From NCBI GenBank assembly GCA_002269645.1, contig NIVC01002896.1:1-64000 (forward strand): a stretch of DNA of 64,000 nt, in the 5' to 3' direction. The position numbers and the translations under genes are program-made. Source of the DNA: Macrostomum lignano (Eukaryota). This document shows, piece by piece, positions 1-12,000 of this stretch. Each line of letters begins with the position of its first letter. Position 1 is the first letter of the stretch. The notes under the pieces were generated by a model, which was not told where the DNA came from, did no database searches, and was given only the letters and a program-made list of their open reading frames with translations.

Positions 1-1190
1 TGCTCTGCCACGCTTGCTCTGCCATCCTGCTTTCCCCTGCTCTGCCATCGCTTTCCCTGCTCTGGATCCTGCTTGCCCCTGCTCTGCCATCCTGCTTTTC
101 CCCCTGCTCTGCCATCCTGCTCTGCCACCCTGCTTTCCGCTGCTCTGCCATCCTGCTTTCCCCTGCTCTGCCACCCTGCTTTTCCCCTCCTCTGCCATCC
201 TGCTCTGCCACCCTGCTTTCCCTTGCTCTGCCATCCTGCTCTGCCACCCTGCTTTCCCTCTGCTCTGCCACGCTGCTCTGCCATCCTGCTTTCCCCTGCT
301 CTGCCCCCCTGCTTTTCCCCTCCTCTGCCATCCTGCTCTGCCACCCTGCTCTTCCGCTCCTCTGCATCCTGCTCTGCCACCCTGCTTTCCCCTGCTCTGC
401 CATCCTGCTCTGCCACGCTGCTCTGCCACCCTGCTTTTTCCCCTCCTCTGCCATCCTGCTCTGCCCCACCTGCTTTCCCTCTGCTCTGCCATCCTGCTCT
501 GCTAGGCTGCTCTGCCATCCTGCTTTCCCTGCTCTGCCATCCTGCTCTGCCACCTCCTGCTTTTCCCCTCCTCTGCCATCCTGCTCTGCCGCTGCTCTGC
601 CACCCTTCTCTGGCACACTGCTCTATTCCCTGCTTTCCGTCCGTGTTCTGCCATCCTGCTCTGCCCCACTGCTCTGCCCACTGCTCTGCGTCTTGCTCTG
701 CCCCCTGCTCTCCCACCTGCCTCTCCCACCCTGCTCTGCCACCATGCTCTGCCACCATGCTCTGCCACCATGCTCTCCCACCCTGCTCTGCCACCATGCT
801 CTGCCACCCTGCTCTGCCACCATGCTCTCCCACCCTGCTCTGCCACCATGCTCTGCCCCTGCTCTACCTCTTGCTCTGCCACCTTGTTCTGCCCCTGCTT
901 GGTCCCTGCTCTGCCACGCTGCTCTGCCACCATGCTCTGCCCCTGCTCTGCCCCCTGCTCTCCCACCCTGCTCTGCCACCATGCTCTGCCCCCCTGCTCT
1001 GCCCCCTGCTCTACCCCTTGCTCTGCCACCTTGTTCTGCCCCCTGCTTGGCTCCCTGCTCTGGCACGCTGCTCTGCCATCCTGCTCTGGCACGCTGCTCT
1101 GCCATCTTGCTCTGCCACCCTTCTCTGCCACGCTGCTCTATTCCCTGCTGTCTGCCTTACCCTGCCCCTCTTCTCTTCTTGCCCCCTCCC
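1..1190. repeat. Degenerate C/T-rich minisatellite, core CTGCTCTGCCA(C/T)C, runs off the window start
   Basis: Dozens of CTGCTCTGCC units with variable linkers; the ORFs here are repeat translations. Confidence 0.95.
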
Positions 1191-1220
1191 GCTAAAGTAG
1201 TCTCGTAATAATACTAAATA

Positions 1221-1640
1221 GTGCAGCTTATTGAAAACATACTCGTATTTATTCTTCAGAGAAAACTACCGGTGGAGCCCAGCTGCTGTACGATTGGCAC
1301 CTTTGCTATGGTCTCTGGCGCGGTTCGCCACGGAGTTCGCCCACAAAAGCTATCCAAGCACGAGCTTCTTACCAGTTTATGTGCACATCGAGTTTATATA
1401 TAGTTGGTACGTACCGCCACCGTGAGCGCTGAAGCGCTGACATCAGGTGTAAACTCCACGGCCGGGACTGCCGCTGTCTCCGCTTAAGCAGCCGCCTCGA
1501 ACAACAATGCAGTCGGTGCAAAGCGTACCATACCCTTCAGCAATTCGGTGGTCGTATCAAAGTTAGCTCAGGATGGAACGGTCGTTGAAAGTATTTTGTA
1601 TTGAACTCTCAGCAAATGGAAACTCGTATCATTGACAGTT
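1221..1640 (+). pseudogene. Possible decayed hAT transposase fragment
   Basis: FAMVSGAVRHGV...LCAHRV resembles the hAT DGAxxMxGxxxGV...HCxAHxL block; downstream YPSAIRWSYQS resembles the hAT TRW motif. Stops and frameshifts present. Judged by eye. Confidence 0.35.
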
Positions 1641-1851
1641 CGGTTTAGCTCTATTTTCAGTCAAATTTTTAACTTTGTTAAACTGTAACTCTTACTCTTG
1701 TTCTACTTTAAGCCATAACTTGTAAGCTTGCTCATGTATTGACTGCATGCCCATATACATGCAGTAGTACTTCCAATCACCGTTAGTGAGGTTTCACAAG
1801 TCACCAATAGCCGCAACAGAAAAGCCATGCACTGACAAGCCATATCTAATT

Positions 1852-2657
1852 TTGGCAGAGGTGGGGAGGGCGGGAGAAGGTGGCAGCAGAGAGCGGGAGT
1901 GTGGCGCCGGAGAGCGGGAAGGTGGCGGTAGAGAACGGGAAGGTGGCGGTAGAGAGCGGGAAGGTGGTGGCATTGAGCGGGAAGGTGGCGGCGGAGAGCG
2001 GGAAGGTGGCGGTAGAGGGCGGGAAGGTGGCGGTAGAGAACGGGAAGGTGGCGGTAGAGAGCGGGAAGGTGGTGGTAGAGAGCGGGAAGGTGGTGGTAGA
2101 GAGCGGGAAGGTGGTGGTAGAGAACGGGAAGGTGGCAGTAGAGGGCGGGAAGGTGGCGGTAGAGAGCGGGAAGGTGGTGGTAGAGAACGGGAAGGTGGCA
2201 GTAGAGAGCGGGAAGGTGGCAGTAGAGGGCGGGAAGGTGGCGGTAGAGAGCGGGAAGGTGGCGCCGGAGAGCGGGAAGGTGGCGGTAGAGAGCGGGAAGG
2301 TGGCAGTAGAGGGCGGGAAGGTGGTGGTAGAGAACGGGAAGGTGGCAGTAGAGAGCGGGAAGGTGGCAGTAGAGGGCGGGAAGGTGGCGGTAGAGAGCGG
2401 AAGGTGGCGCCGGAGAGCGGGAAGGTGGTGGCATTGAGCGGGAAGGTGGCGGTAGAGAGCGGGAAGGTGGCGCCGGAGAGCGGGAAGGTGGTGGTAGAGA
2501 ACGGGAAGGTGGCAGTAGCTCGTAGAGAGCGGGAAGGTGGCAGTAGAGGGCGGGAAGGTGGTGGTAGAGAGCGGGAAGGTGGTGGTAGAGAACAGGAAGG
2601 CTGCGGTGGAGAGCGGAAAAGTGGCGCCGGAGAGCGGGAAGGTGGCGCCAGAGTGGG
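1852..2657. repeat. 21-nt purine-rich minisatellite (GAGAGCGGGAAGGTGGCGGTA)
   Basis: About 38 tandem units; translates as REREGGG / ESGKVAV. Confidence 0.95.
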
Positions 2658-3699
2658 GAAAGGTCTGACCAAACGTCTGTCTTATCGCTCTAACAATGTG
2701 GCTGAGTTTGCAATACCTGCATTTTTATATTTTAGTTACAATAAAGCATAAATTGGCTTGTAGGTATTCTCTTCGTGAACTCTCGTTTTTGCGACTGTTG
2801 CTAAGTCTTGTGGAAATTTTGTTAAATTGGATTCTCTGAGTTCTTTACTTTATTTTTTTCAAAGTGCCTCATTGTGCCAGTTTTTAGCATAGCAAGACAA
2901 AGAAAACATGTACGAGCGTACATCTATCTTCAGATGTTTCTTCGGATGTTAGAAAATGGATCGAAATTCGGGAGGGACTATTATCAATAGCTTATTCGTA
3001 CAAAACTTTATCACGCCCAGCGCTATGCAATCATTGAAAGATAAGGTGAAATGTTTTAGTGTACTTTATAGGTGCCAATGCAAGTGCGTAGAGAGAAGGG
3101 ATCGTTAGGACTGGGAGTCACCAATGAAAGTACAGGATCTATTCTGAATGGTTTGAATGTAATTGCTTACATGTAGAAGTGCACACAACGGACGTCCGCA
3201 TGCAACTCCTGTCGTTCCTTGCATTTATTTGTACATTCATTCGACATTGTCTAGATATTTCGCTGTCCTCAGTTCTTTGCAAGACTAATTGATCCTATAT
3301 AAGGAAGCTTTATGCACTGCACGTGTGCTAGCTACATATAGTGGCTGCCTTTCAAGGACGCGAACTCAGCGACTAGTGCAAAATGTATTGTACAATACAA
3401 TACGTGCATTAATTACACCTACAATAAAGCACAGTGCACGTACATACTGTAGGTTTTGATAGGCTCGATGCGGCTCTTATAGCATCATTTACATGTACAT
3501 GTACATCTGCATCCATGAGCATTAGGGTACATTGACACTACATGAAACATGCAGACTCACTGACTGAGCTGGCCTGATCCATGTGTTCGATTGGTCTACT
3601 CTACATTACATGTACACGCGCACACGTCCTTTGAGACTATCGTAGCGTTGCATCAATGAGCATCTGAGGCATTTACTTGACTTTAGCTGGGGGCTCAGT

Positions 3700-4080
3700 G
3701 GGTCTGGGGGCGTTAACCTCCAGGGATTTTTCCCTGGAGGTTAACGATGCCTGGCAAAACAGTCATATGACCCAAAGGGCCATGTTCACCGCCCTGATGA
3801 CCCTGCGGTTGGGTCCAAGCAGGGCCCTGCATAGGGCGGACCGCCGCGCCGGATTGCCGGCAGTCGGGGGCGTTTGCCCACCTCTCCCTGCTTTGAAGCC
3901 ACCCACTAGTTGATCCGAGTGGTGACAACAGCAATAGGGGTGGGGGCCACGGCCAGCAGATGACCAGTAAAAAAACCGGCCGAGCCAGCCTTGGCCAGGC
4001 GATCGGCCAGCTCGTTGCCGGTTTTGAATTTGAGCGGAGGGCAGAGCGTGGACGGAATTCCGTTCGAGAGGGTCAGCAGG
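3700..4080 (-). mobile_element. Decayed non-LTR retrotransposon RNase H and downstream region
   Basis: Minus strand 4019-3989 reads GNELADRLAK (RNase H C-terminal motif), then frameshifted RERWANAPDCRQS and LLGPNRRVIRAVNMAL, resembling the post-RNase H region of I/R1-type LINEs. GC-rich island in AT-rich DNA. Confidence 0.65.
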
Positions 4081-5689
4081 CCTCTTGCTGCTTCCAGGTC
4101 TCACAGGCTGAGGTCGCCATGCGGCCGGAGGATCCCTTTCTGAAGGCGAACTGCTTCTGGATGGGGCACCTGCGACAAGCAGACGGCGGGTGATTTTCAT
4201 TGCCGCCCCTCTGACAAAGTCCAGGAAGGTGTTCATGCCAGCGAAGGGCGTAGATGGAGTCGCGCTCATGATATAGCTCGACAAGCGCGGCCTTGCACCC
4301 TGTTGAGAGCATCAAGAACCCCTTTCACCACTATAGGTCACTGTTCCAAATGAAGCCGGTGAATAAGATAGTCGGTCTCACAATGACAGTACGTGCAAGT
4401 CCACCAGAGGCGGCGGGGTGAGGCCCCAGTAGCGCCGAAAGCTCTGCGGATGTGCGCGAGAGTCTCAAGAGCTTTGCGGGCTTTGGTTTGGACGTGTGGA
4501 GTCCAGCATCTGAGGCATGGCTCCAGTACAGTACGACTAGTTTATACAGTCAGTATACGCGTACACTGCTTGATACATGTGCATAAACTTGAATTTATGC
4601 ACGTATACATGTATACACAAAAAGCATGTCAAATACATGTCTTGTGTGTGCATGGCTTTTGTTTTATGGGTATTGGTGACTTGTGGAACCTCACATAACT
4701 GTGATCTACGTACTACGTACATTACTACGTACTGCACGTATATATTTGCATCAATATATTGATGCACATATGCACATCCACATATGCATATATGGTACAG
4801 TACATAAGCTATGAATAGAAATTACATGTACAGCATATACATGTACATGTAGTCAAGTGACTTGACTATATCTGCATGTACAAGTGATTACACATTGATC
4901 CCAGTAAAAACAATCAATCAAGGATGGACCTTGATGGACAAGGATGTGGAACTCCACATTGGAGACTCGATCTAAGCTGTGAACTGTGTTACGAGTATAT
5001 TGATGCAACCCGGTCGTGCAAAGAGCGCGCACCGATTCCCAGGATCCGGTGCTGAAAAGCACTATACTGGGCAAGCCTCGTTCCCTATACATACATGTAG
5101 TCGTACTGCAAATAAAGCTACAAGTACATGTACAAGTTGGCGAGTTCCGCACAAGATCGTGACATGCAGTTAGTACGAGTACTGTTGTGTCAATATGCCT
5201 CAGATGCAACGATACCATCAGTCTCAAAAGTATACATGTACATGTAGAACCATCACACATGGTTCAGGTCAGCTCAGTCTGTCTGCATGTTTTATGTAGT
5301 CGTCAATGTACCCTAACGCTCATGGATGCAGATCTATATAATTCTAGAGCGACATCAAGTCGATTAACACCTACATGTGTAATGTTTTTATTCCTGTATA
5401 TTGGACTATGACAAATATTTTGCTGGGTAAAGGTATCGCTTTAATGTACGTTCGCTCTTTTTATAAAAAAGCGAGCACTGCCTCCACGGGGCCTTCGTTG
5501 AGTTTTACACAGCCAAATACCGTGCGTTACACACCTTCATGTACATTTAAATGCTTTATTGTAGTAATCAAGGACTACTAGACTATATGTATATTCCAAT
5601 GGTCCTTGGGTGCAACTGTGTCAGGTATTTACCCAGATGCCTCAAACGCTCAATCGGAGACGCTATTCCGTAGCTATCGACCCGCGCGA

Positions 5690-6200
5690 TGCAATCAATG
5701 ACCACTGGAACCGTGGTGAGCTCCACTTCTACACTGACGGTTCTAAGCAGTCAGTCAACACCGGCGTCCGGCTTGCATGGTGTTTCCTGAACGCGAGTGT
5801 CATCGCAACCTACGCTCAGTTTCTGGGGTCAACTCGTGTTTTCCAAAATAAAGTTATTGCCATCATGCAGCTCTTGCATGACGGAGCTTCTCACCATGAA
5901 TGTAAAATGGTAAAAACATTTTCCAATTCGGACAGCCAAGCTGCCTAGCTTGCACGCCATGTGGCTGCAGCATCAACTCTGCTAGTCTTCGACTGTATCA
6001 AAATCCTTAACATGTTGGGCTCTAAAAACAAAATTATCCTCAAGTGGTAGCCGGGGCATGTGAGGATTCGAGGAAATGAGCTGACTGACATTCTTGCATT
6101 GCAAAAGTTGGCGCCTCCGGCTCCTCTCTCGGGCCCGAACCCCTTTGTACTCTCTCAAGTCACGACTGCTTCTCCAGGCACCAGTACCTGCAGGGCAATA
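5690..6200 (+). mobile_element. Decayed non-LTR retrotransposon RNase H domain
   Basis: FYTDGSK, VFQN(AE), SDSQAA and W*PGHVRIRGNELTD motifs in order, with stops. Confidence 0.8.
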
Positions 6201-7408
6201 ACCACCGCCATCTGCAACTCCGGAGACGCAACTTCGCGCATTCATGAGAGCCAGACTCAGTTACCTTTGGCCACACACATCAATTATCAAAGCGCGCAAA
6301 CCTAAAAATCTTAATTAAGTTCATGCGCTACCTCCAGGCCACCCGCAGGGCTGAACTCTCCTTCCAGAGAGCAACATAGCTGATGGCGACACTGGGGGAC
6401 CTCCCTAGTCCCTAGTCGCCAACCCTTCGTTCATAGCGACGCGTCGGCCGTTCAGGGATTAGCGGAATGGGGGCCCGTGCCTTCCCACTGTGTCCCACTT
6501 CGCGCTACAACAATTCATGAGATGCAGAACTTTTAATGCTCTAAAACTCACAAAAGCTTAATAATTGCACAGTGAAACTTATAAGAATTAGACAACAATC
6601 CAATTGCAATTATTAAAACAAAAAAATCAGATCATTTTTCATTTTTTTGTGTATTGTGCAATATAACAAAATAGTATAGCTAAGGGCTGTTACGGAGTGC
6701 TACAATGTATAATAGTACGCGCAAGTATGTCGGTGCACCGAGTAGGAGCTCCGAAAGTTCCGGGAGAACAACATCGGCTGCAGATACTGTGGCGCACGTA
6801 TTACGCTTAATAAATCGCTCAAAACCAAGTGGTCATTGCGCTGTACAAACATTTTCGCAATCACAGGACAAAAATATACAAATTTTCGACGCAAAATTAA
6901 AATAAACCATTAAACGATATGTTCTAATAAAACTCAAACAAACAGAAAAGCTAAGAGCTGATGGCGCTGCACCAGACCAAAAAAACATGAAGCAAAAAGT
7001 AAAATAAAACGCGATCTCGCTTTAACGTTCGTTGGTTTTGGGGAAAATCTCTCGGATATCCACTAATCCAGACAGCACCTCAGGAGCATTCCATATACTC
7101 GTACTAAAAATGGTCTTATCTAAAACCGGCATTTGTCTATGCTATACCTGTGACCGCCTGGCTGACTTTGCACTGAATCAAATGTCTTTTGGGCCATAGA
7201 AATTCTCAGGTGGCTACAACCACACAACCAGAACTGGAGGCTAGAGCCCATTGTTGACAGACGCTCGGGTGCGATGTGTAGAAGTCATTGACTGTTTAAA
7301 AAAGATGGAGTCGAATTTTTAAAAAACAGAAAATGCTAAAAGTTTGGCTCAAATAAAGAGCGGGCGAAGACAAAAGTGATGGGACCATAGAAACAGTTTA
7401 TCAACTAG

Positions 7409-7668
7409 CAGGGATCGGCAAACTTTTTTACCTTAAGGGCCAGACAGAAAATCCATATATGCATGCAGCTCATGGCTGCGGGCCAGATGAGAGTGGAAAG
7501 GAAAGGGAATAAAAGATAAGAGAGATGAGAAGAGAGGAGAGAGGAGAGAGGGGAGAAGACAGCTGAGAAGAGACACACAAACCTTGAGCAGGCCGGATTG
7601 CTATTGTGAAGTTTAGAGCGGCTTCGAGGGCCGCATATGGCCTGCGGGCCGAAGTCTGTCGACCCCTG
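7409..7668. mobile_element. hAT/Charlie-type non-autonomous element (MITE), 260 bp
   Basis: Imperfect TIRs CAGGGATCGGCAAACTT and revcomp CAGGGGTCGACAGACTT; subterminal GGCCTGCGGGCCG. No clean 8-bp TSD (TCAACTAG vs AACTTACG). Confidence 0.65.
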
Positions 7669-8792
7669 AACTTACGAATTTGGCTAATTTGGGTCTAACG
7701 AATGCTTCTCGGGTTGTCTGCTTTGGTAAAAAAGTCACCAACAGGTTGGTAATATAATTAAAAACAAAGGAAAGTAAAACACACAGCAGGAGCACTATAT
7801 ACATGCAGCTATAGTTGTGAACCAGAGAACTCTCCTAATCTCTCTTTTAAAAATTCAATTCAACGCAGCTCAAATAACTGTGCTCTTTTCAATTTCAAAG
7901 CCAATGATGACTTTCCTAGCCTCTTGGCCAGGTAAAATCATCTTTCCTGCCTGCCTTTCGAGTAAAGAAGAGAGAAAATGAGATTTTTGTCAAAAAATAT
8001 CAATCGGGCATGAACAGAACTCTGCGCAGGAAGCGGCATGCAAGGGAGGCGCAACAACTAATAACGAATATCTCATTGCTGACGTGAAGATAGAATGTAC
8101 AGAAGATGACGGGTGCCAATGTACATACAGATGATGTTCAATACCTGCAGAGGAAATCGCCAAAAAGCTAAGTTAATTAGAACACAGTACCTCTCATTGC
8201 TAGTTTCACCAAAAACTTACACTGGCTGCTTTTCAAAGCGTGATGGGAATGCCGCGAAGGGCCGTCCAGACTGCTTGTAAAGCAAAAACAATTTCGATAA
8301 TTTTTGTCAGCGAAATTATTGCTAATACTTATACGTACTCCAACTAAACTGATCTGCCGAATTGAGCTGAATGTTTATGCCATAAAATAACAGGGTTTTC
8401 AATTTCTCCTTACAGAGGATACTTAAAAACAGTACAGTAGAGAGGTTCACCGATTTTGCATGTTGAAACCAATTGACCATGTTACTTCACTTGTAGGGCC
8501 AAATTACAGCATCGATAATAACAAAAGGACTGCTGGTAGATCGACAACTTGTCAGAAAAATTGCAGTAAAACAAAAATGCTCGCACAAAAAACACGAAAA
8601 TCCTGCGTAACCTTCCAGCTCGGTTGTGACGCCATAACTCACGAGGTTGTGACGCACTCATCTCATGCGATTGGAATCCCCAATCCTTTAGTAATGCTAT
8701 GCAGAATTAACCCTTTGAAGTCAACCCTCTGTTCAAGCTCTAAAAGTCCGTCTTAGCTGTCTTCACAGTCCGCACAACTCAGCTCAACTCGC

Positions 8793-9024
8793 TCACTGCG
8801 AAATGGTGACAACTTCGCGCCCGGAGCCCCGGACCAGCAGTACCCGCTCCAGGCCCTCGGTCAGGGCTTCCAGGTACTCCATGTAGTGAAAGTCGCGCGT
8901 CGGATCCGGCACCGCGTTGGGCCCCGGCATGTTGAGCACAACTAGAGAGGCGCCTGCCGATTTCTTCTTGAGAATCTCGTTCAGCTGCACGGCGCTGTGC
9001 ATGCGGCGGAGAATCTGCGTGTCC
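8793..9024 (-). CDS. kcc: KCC last coding exon
   Basis: TTCCTCCAG acceptor; [12 protein letters not shown]...VVTISQ-stop. Confidence 0.95.
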
Positions 9025-12000
9025 CTGGAGGAATATTCGATGGAAATGTTCAGTGCTTCTTGCTGGTGATTGATTGGTTTTGTTGCAAACTGTTGTTGAT
9101 CGCTGCTTTTTTAAGAAAAAGTCAGGTGCAGAGAGTACTGTACTCACGCTCACAGAGGGTGTACAGCGGTCCTGACCTTCTAATCGCCAGGCGTGTACAC
9201 TCAGCATTAGAGTTTGGCCCTCATAGCTGTGATTAAGTTGACGCAACATTGCCATTCTTCTCCTATTATTTCGCCCTAGAGCAGAGTGAGACGCACCTGT
9301 AGAGAGAATTTCTACTCCCCATCAGAGAAACCACTAGTTTAATTTTCAAACGAAATTTGCCATCCATTTGTAATGAGCGATCAGCAGAAAATCCAGAGAT
9401 TTCAGGAATGGAGCCCCATAAGGTAGTAAAATTCCTAACCAACTCAACAACAGAATGCTCAATCGTCTATGGCATGCGATGCCGAATAAAAATGCTAAGT
9501 AGCCTACTGTTCTTGCGAAAGAAGTTAGTAGAAACATCAGCAAATCGTTGTTGTAGATAAATTCTCAAGTAATTTTTAGTAAGTTACAATAGAAATGCGT
9601 ATTTAAAAAGCAACAAAGATGTGCTGAACTTTGAAAAAATATGTAACATGTACTCTTCCTTTCTTCACCCAGAAAGAGTAGCTTAAGCCCAATTATTTCT
9701 TTCTCCCAATTTCATGGGGAAAAGCGAACGACTGAACATTGAGTCTACAATTTTCGATAAATAAGCCTCCGAAATGCAATCTGCAAATTGAAATTTGACT
9801 GTCAATTCCAGTCGGTTTGGTTCCGGAGTTTCACCTCAGGTTCATTTCCAGACACCTGGAGTTGACTATCGATCCAAAAGTAGTTTTGCTGAGTAAAGCC
9901 CTCGTGGACTTTTGTTGTACTAACAGAACAGAACGGTTCAGGACTTTTATCTCTGGAATAAAAGAGCGATGAGATACCGCTCTACCGTGGTCCCCTAAAC
10001 AGGGTGTACAAAACAACGTCAACTAACGATCAATCTTTCCTAAGCGTAAGACGTGATCAATCGTAGGCTTAGTAACTAAATTTGGAATATATAATAGACT
10101 AGACTATCTGTTAGATAGACCAAAATATTAGAGCAACTACAAAAATGAAGGCATTTTCAGTGTATATTCTTATATTACACCCTTAGTTGCTTCGGCCTAT
10201 ACTCCTAGATCCATACAAAATGAATTTGAGATGACGATTCACCGTTGTACTCAACTAATTGGATCTATTTTTCACCAGAATCGGGTGACATTCATATGAC
10301 ATTCTAATCATTGATTGCACTTTTGTGGCCTTGCAATCATGGGAAGGCTGGATAAGAAGTGCTGCATATTGGGCCTATGGCTATAAATCGATTGATCCAA
10401 TATCTGCTCAATGAGCGATGAAAATTCAACAGATTCTAACTATAAATAGTCATAGATAGCTTTTAATTGAAGCTCGAAAGCTCAAATATAATTATAACAG
10501 GGACTTGGGCCTAATAATACCAACCTTCTGTACCTAGCGATTCGGTAGTTGTTCACATGCGGTCCGCGAAGCCTCTCTCACAACAGCTCAAGGTAATGTC
10601 TCTTCTCAGCTCTCTCTTCTCATCTCTCATATCTCTTTCCTGCTCACTCTTCTCTATTCCCTCTCCTGTCCTCTCTCATCCTGCCCGCAGCCATGAGGTA
10701 AGATTCTTTACCTGGCCCTGTGAGGTAAAACCATTTTCCGATCCCTAGAACAACAAATCGATTAGAGTAAAGAAACGGCTGCACTCGTGCGGCTCGCGAC
10801 CGCGCAGCGATGGGAACTGATTGCGGCCCAGGGGATGGGCGCGATCGAGAGCAAATGGGATTTTATGAGAAATGGGATCGTTGGATAGGAAATTACATGC
10901 TTCGCCTGGACAGGTTCAGAGAGGGAAGGTTGGAAAACTGACGGCATTTGGGAATTCAAACTCGCAACGTCCGGTGTTGCGTATGATCATGGATTGTTAT
11001 CTGGGGTTTGGATTTGGATTTTGGGATTGGGATCTGGGGTTGGGATCTGGATTCTGGGATTGGGATCTGGGGTTGGGATCTGGGAGCTGGGATTGGGATT
11101 TGGGGTTGGGATTGGAATCTGGGATTTGGATCTGGGGTTGGGATCTGGGAGCTGGGATTGGGATCTGGGGTTGGGATCTGGGAGCTGGGATCAGGATCTG
11201 GGAGCTGGGATTGGGATCTGGGAGCTGGGATTGGGATCTGGGATTGGGATCTGGGAGCTGGGATTGGGATCTGGGAGCTGGGATTGGGATCTGGGGTTGG
11301 GATCTGGGATCTGGGATTGGGATCTGGGAGCTGGGATTGGGATCTGGGATTTGGGATTGGGATCTGAGATAGGGATCTGGGATTGGGATCTGGGATTGGG
11401 ATCTGGGATAGGGATCTGATATGTAAGAGTTCAAGTCCTGATTTAGCAGAACTGGCCAAAGAGAAAAAGCTCAGAGCCCCCACACGGGCGGTGCGACTAT
11501 ATTTATTTATAATATACGATCGTTGCCGATATTAAGCATTGAGCAATGAATATGGAATAGAAATGCGACCAGACTATGTACGCTGAGCCACGCGCGGGAA
11601 GCGGAGAACGGAGGCGGTCGCCAACTAGTTGAATAAAGTGCATCGGAATATCTGGGAATCCGGGATTGGGATCTAGGACTGGGATCTGGGGCAGGGATCT
11701 GAGGCCTATTGTGTTCCCAAAAGCGCAAGCGCTCACCTATATTACAAATTTAGGTAAAAACCCACTCCCCCCAGTCTGTTTAGAGACTTATTCCCATTCA
11801 ATACTCCCCTGCAAAGAAGAGTGTTCCCTCTCGTCTAGCTACACCAAAGGCTTCATGCCTTCGCCCTCATAGACATAAGTCTTCTTCTTTCGCTTTTCTT
11901 CCTGTTCTGTCACTTGCTACTCCTATTTTTACCTCGCCTGACCTAGCCGTCCAGCCACTTTCCCAGCTGTCACGTGTGGGCGCCCTCATCTACGCGATTT

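Noticed and set aside
14-2751. Long ORFs of 160-375 aa in several frames
   Set aside because: Translations of tandem repeats, open on both strands, with no domain content. The same applies to the ORFs at 11, 14-17, 22, 27, 31, 38, 48 and 50 kb.
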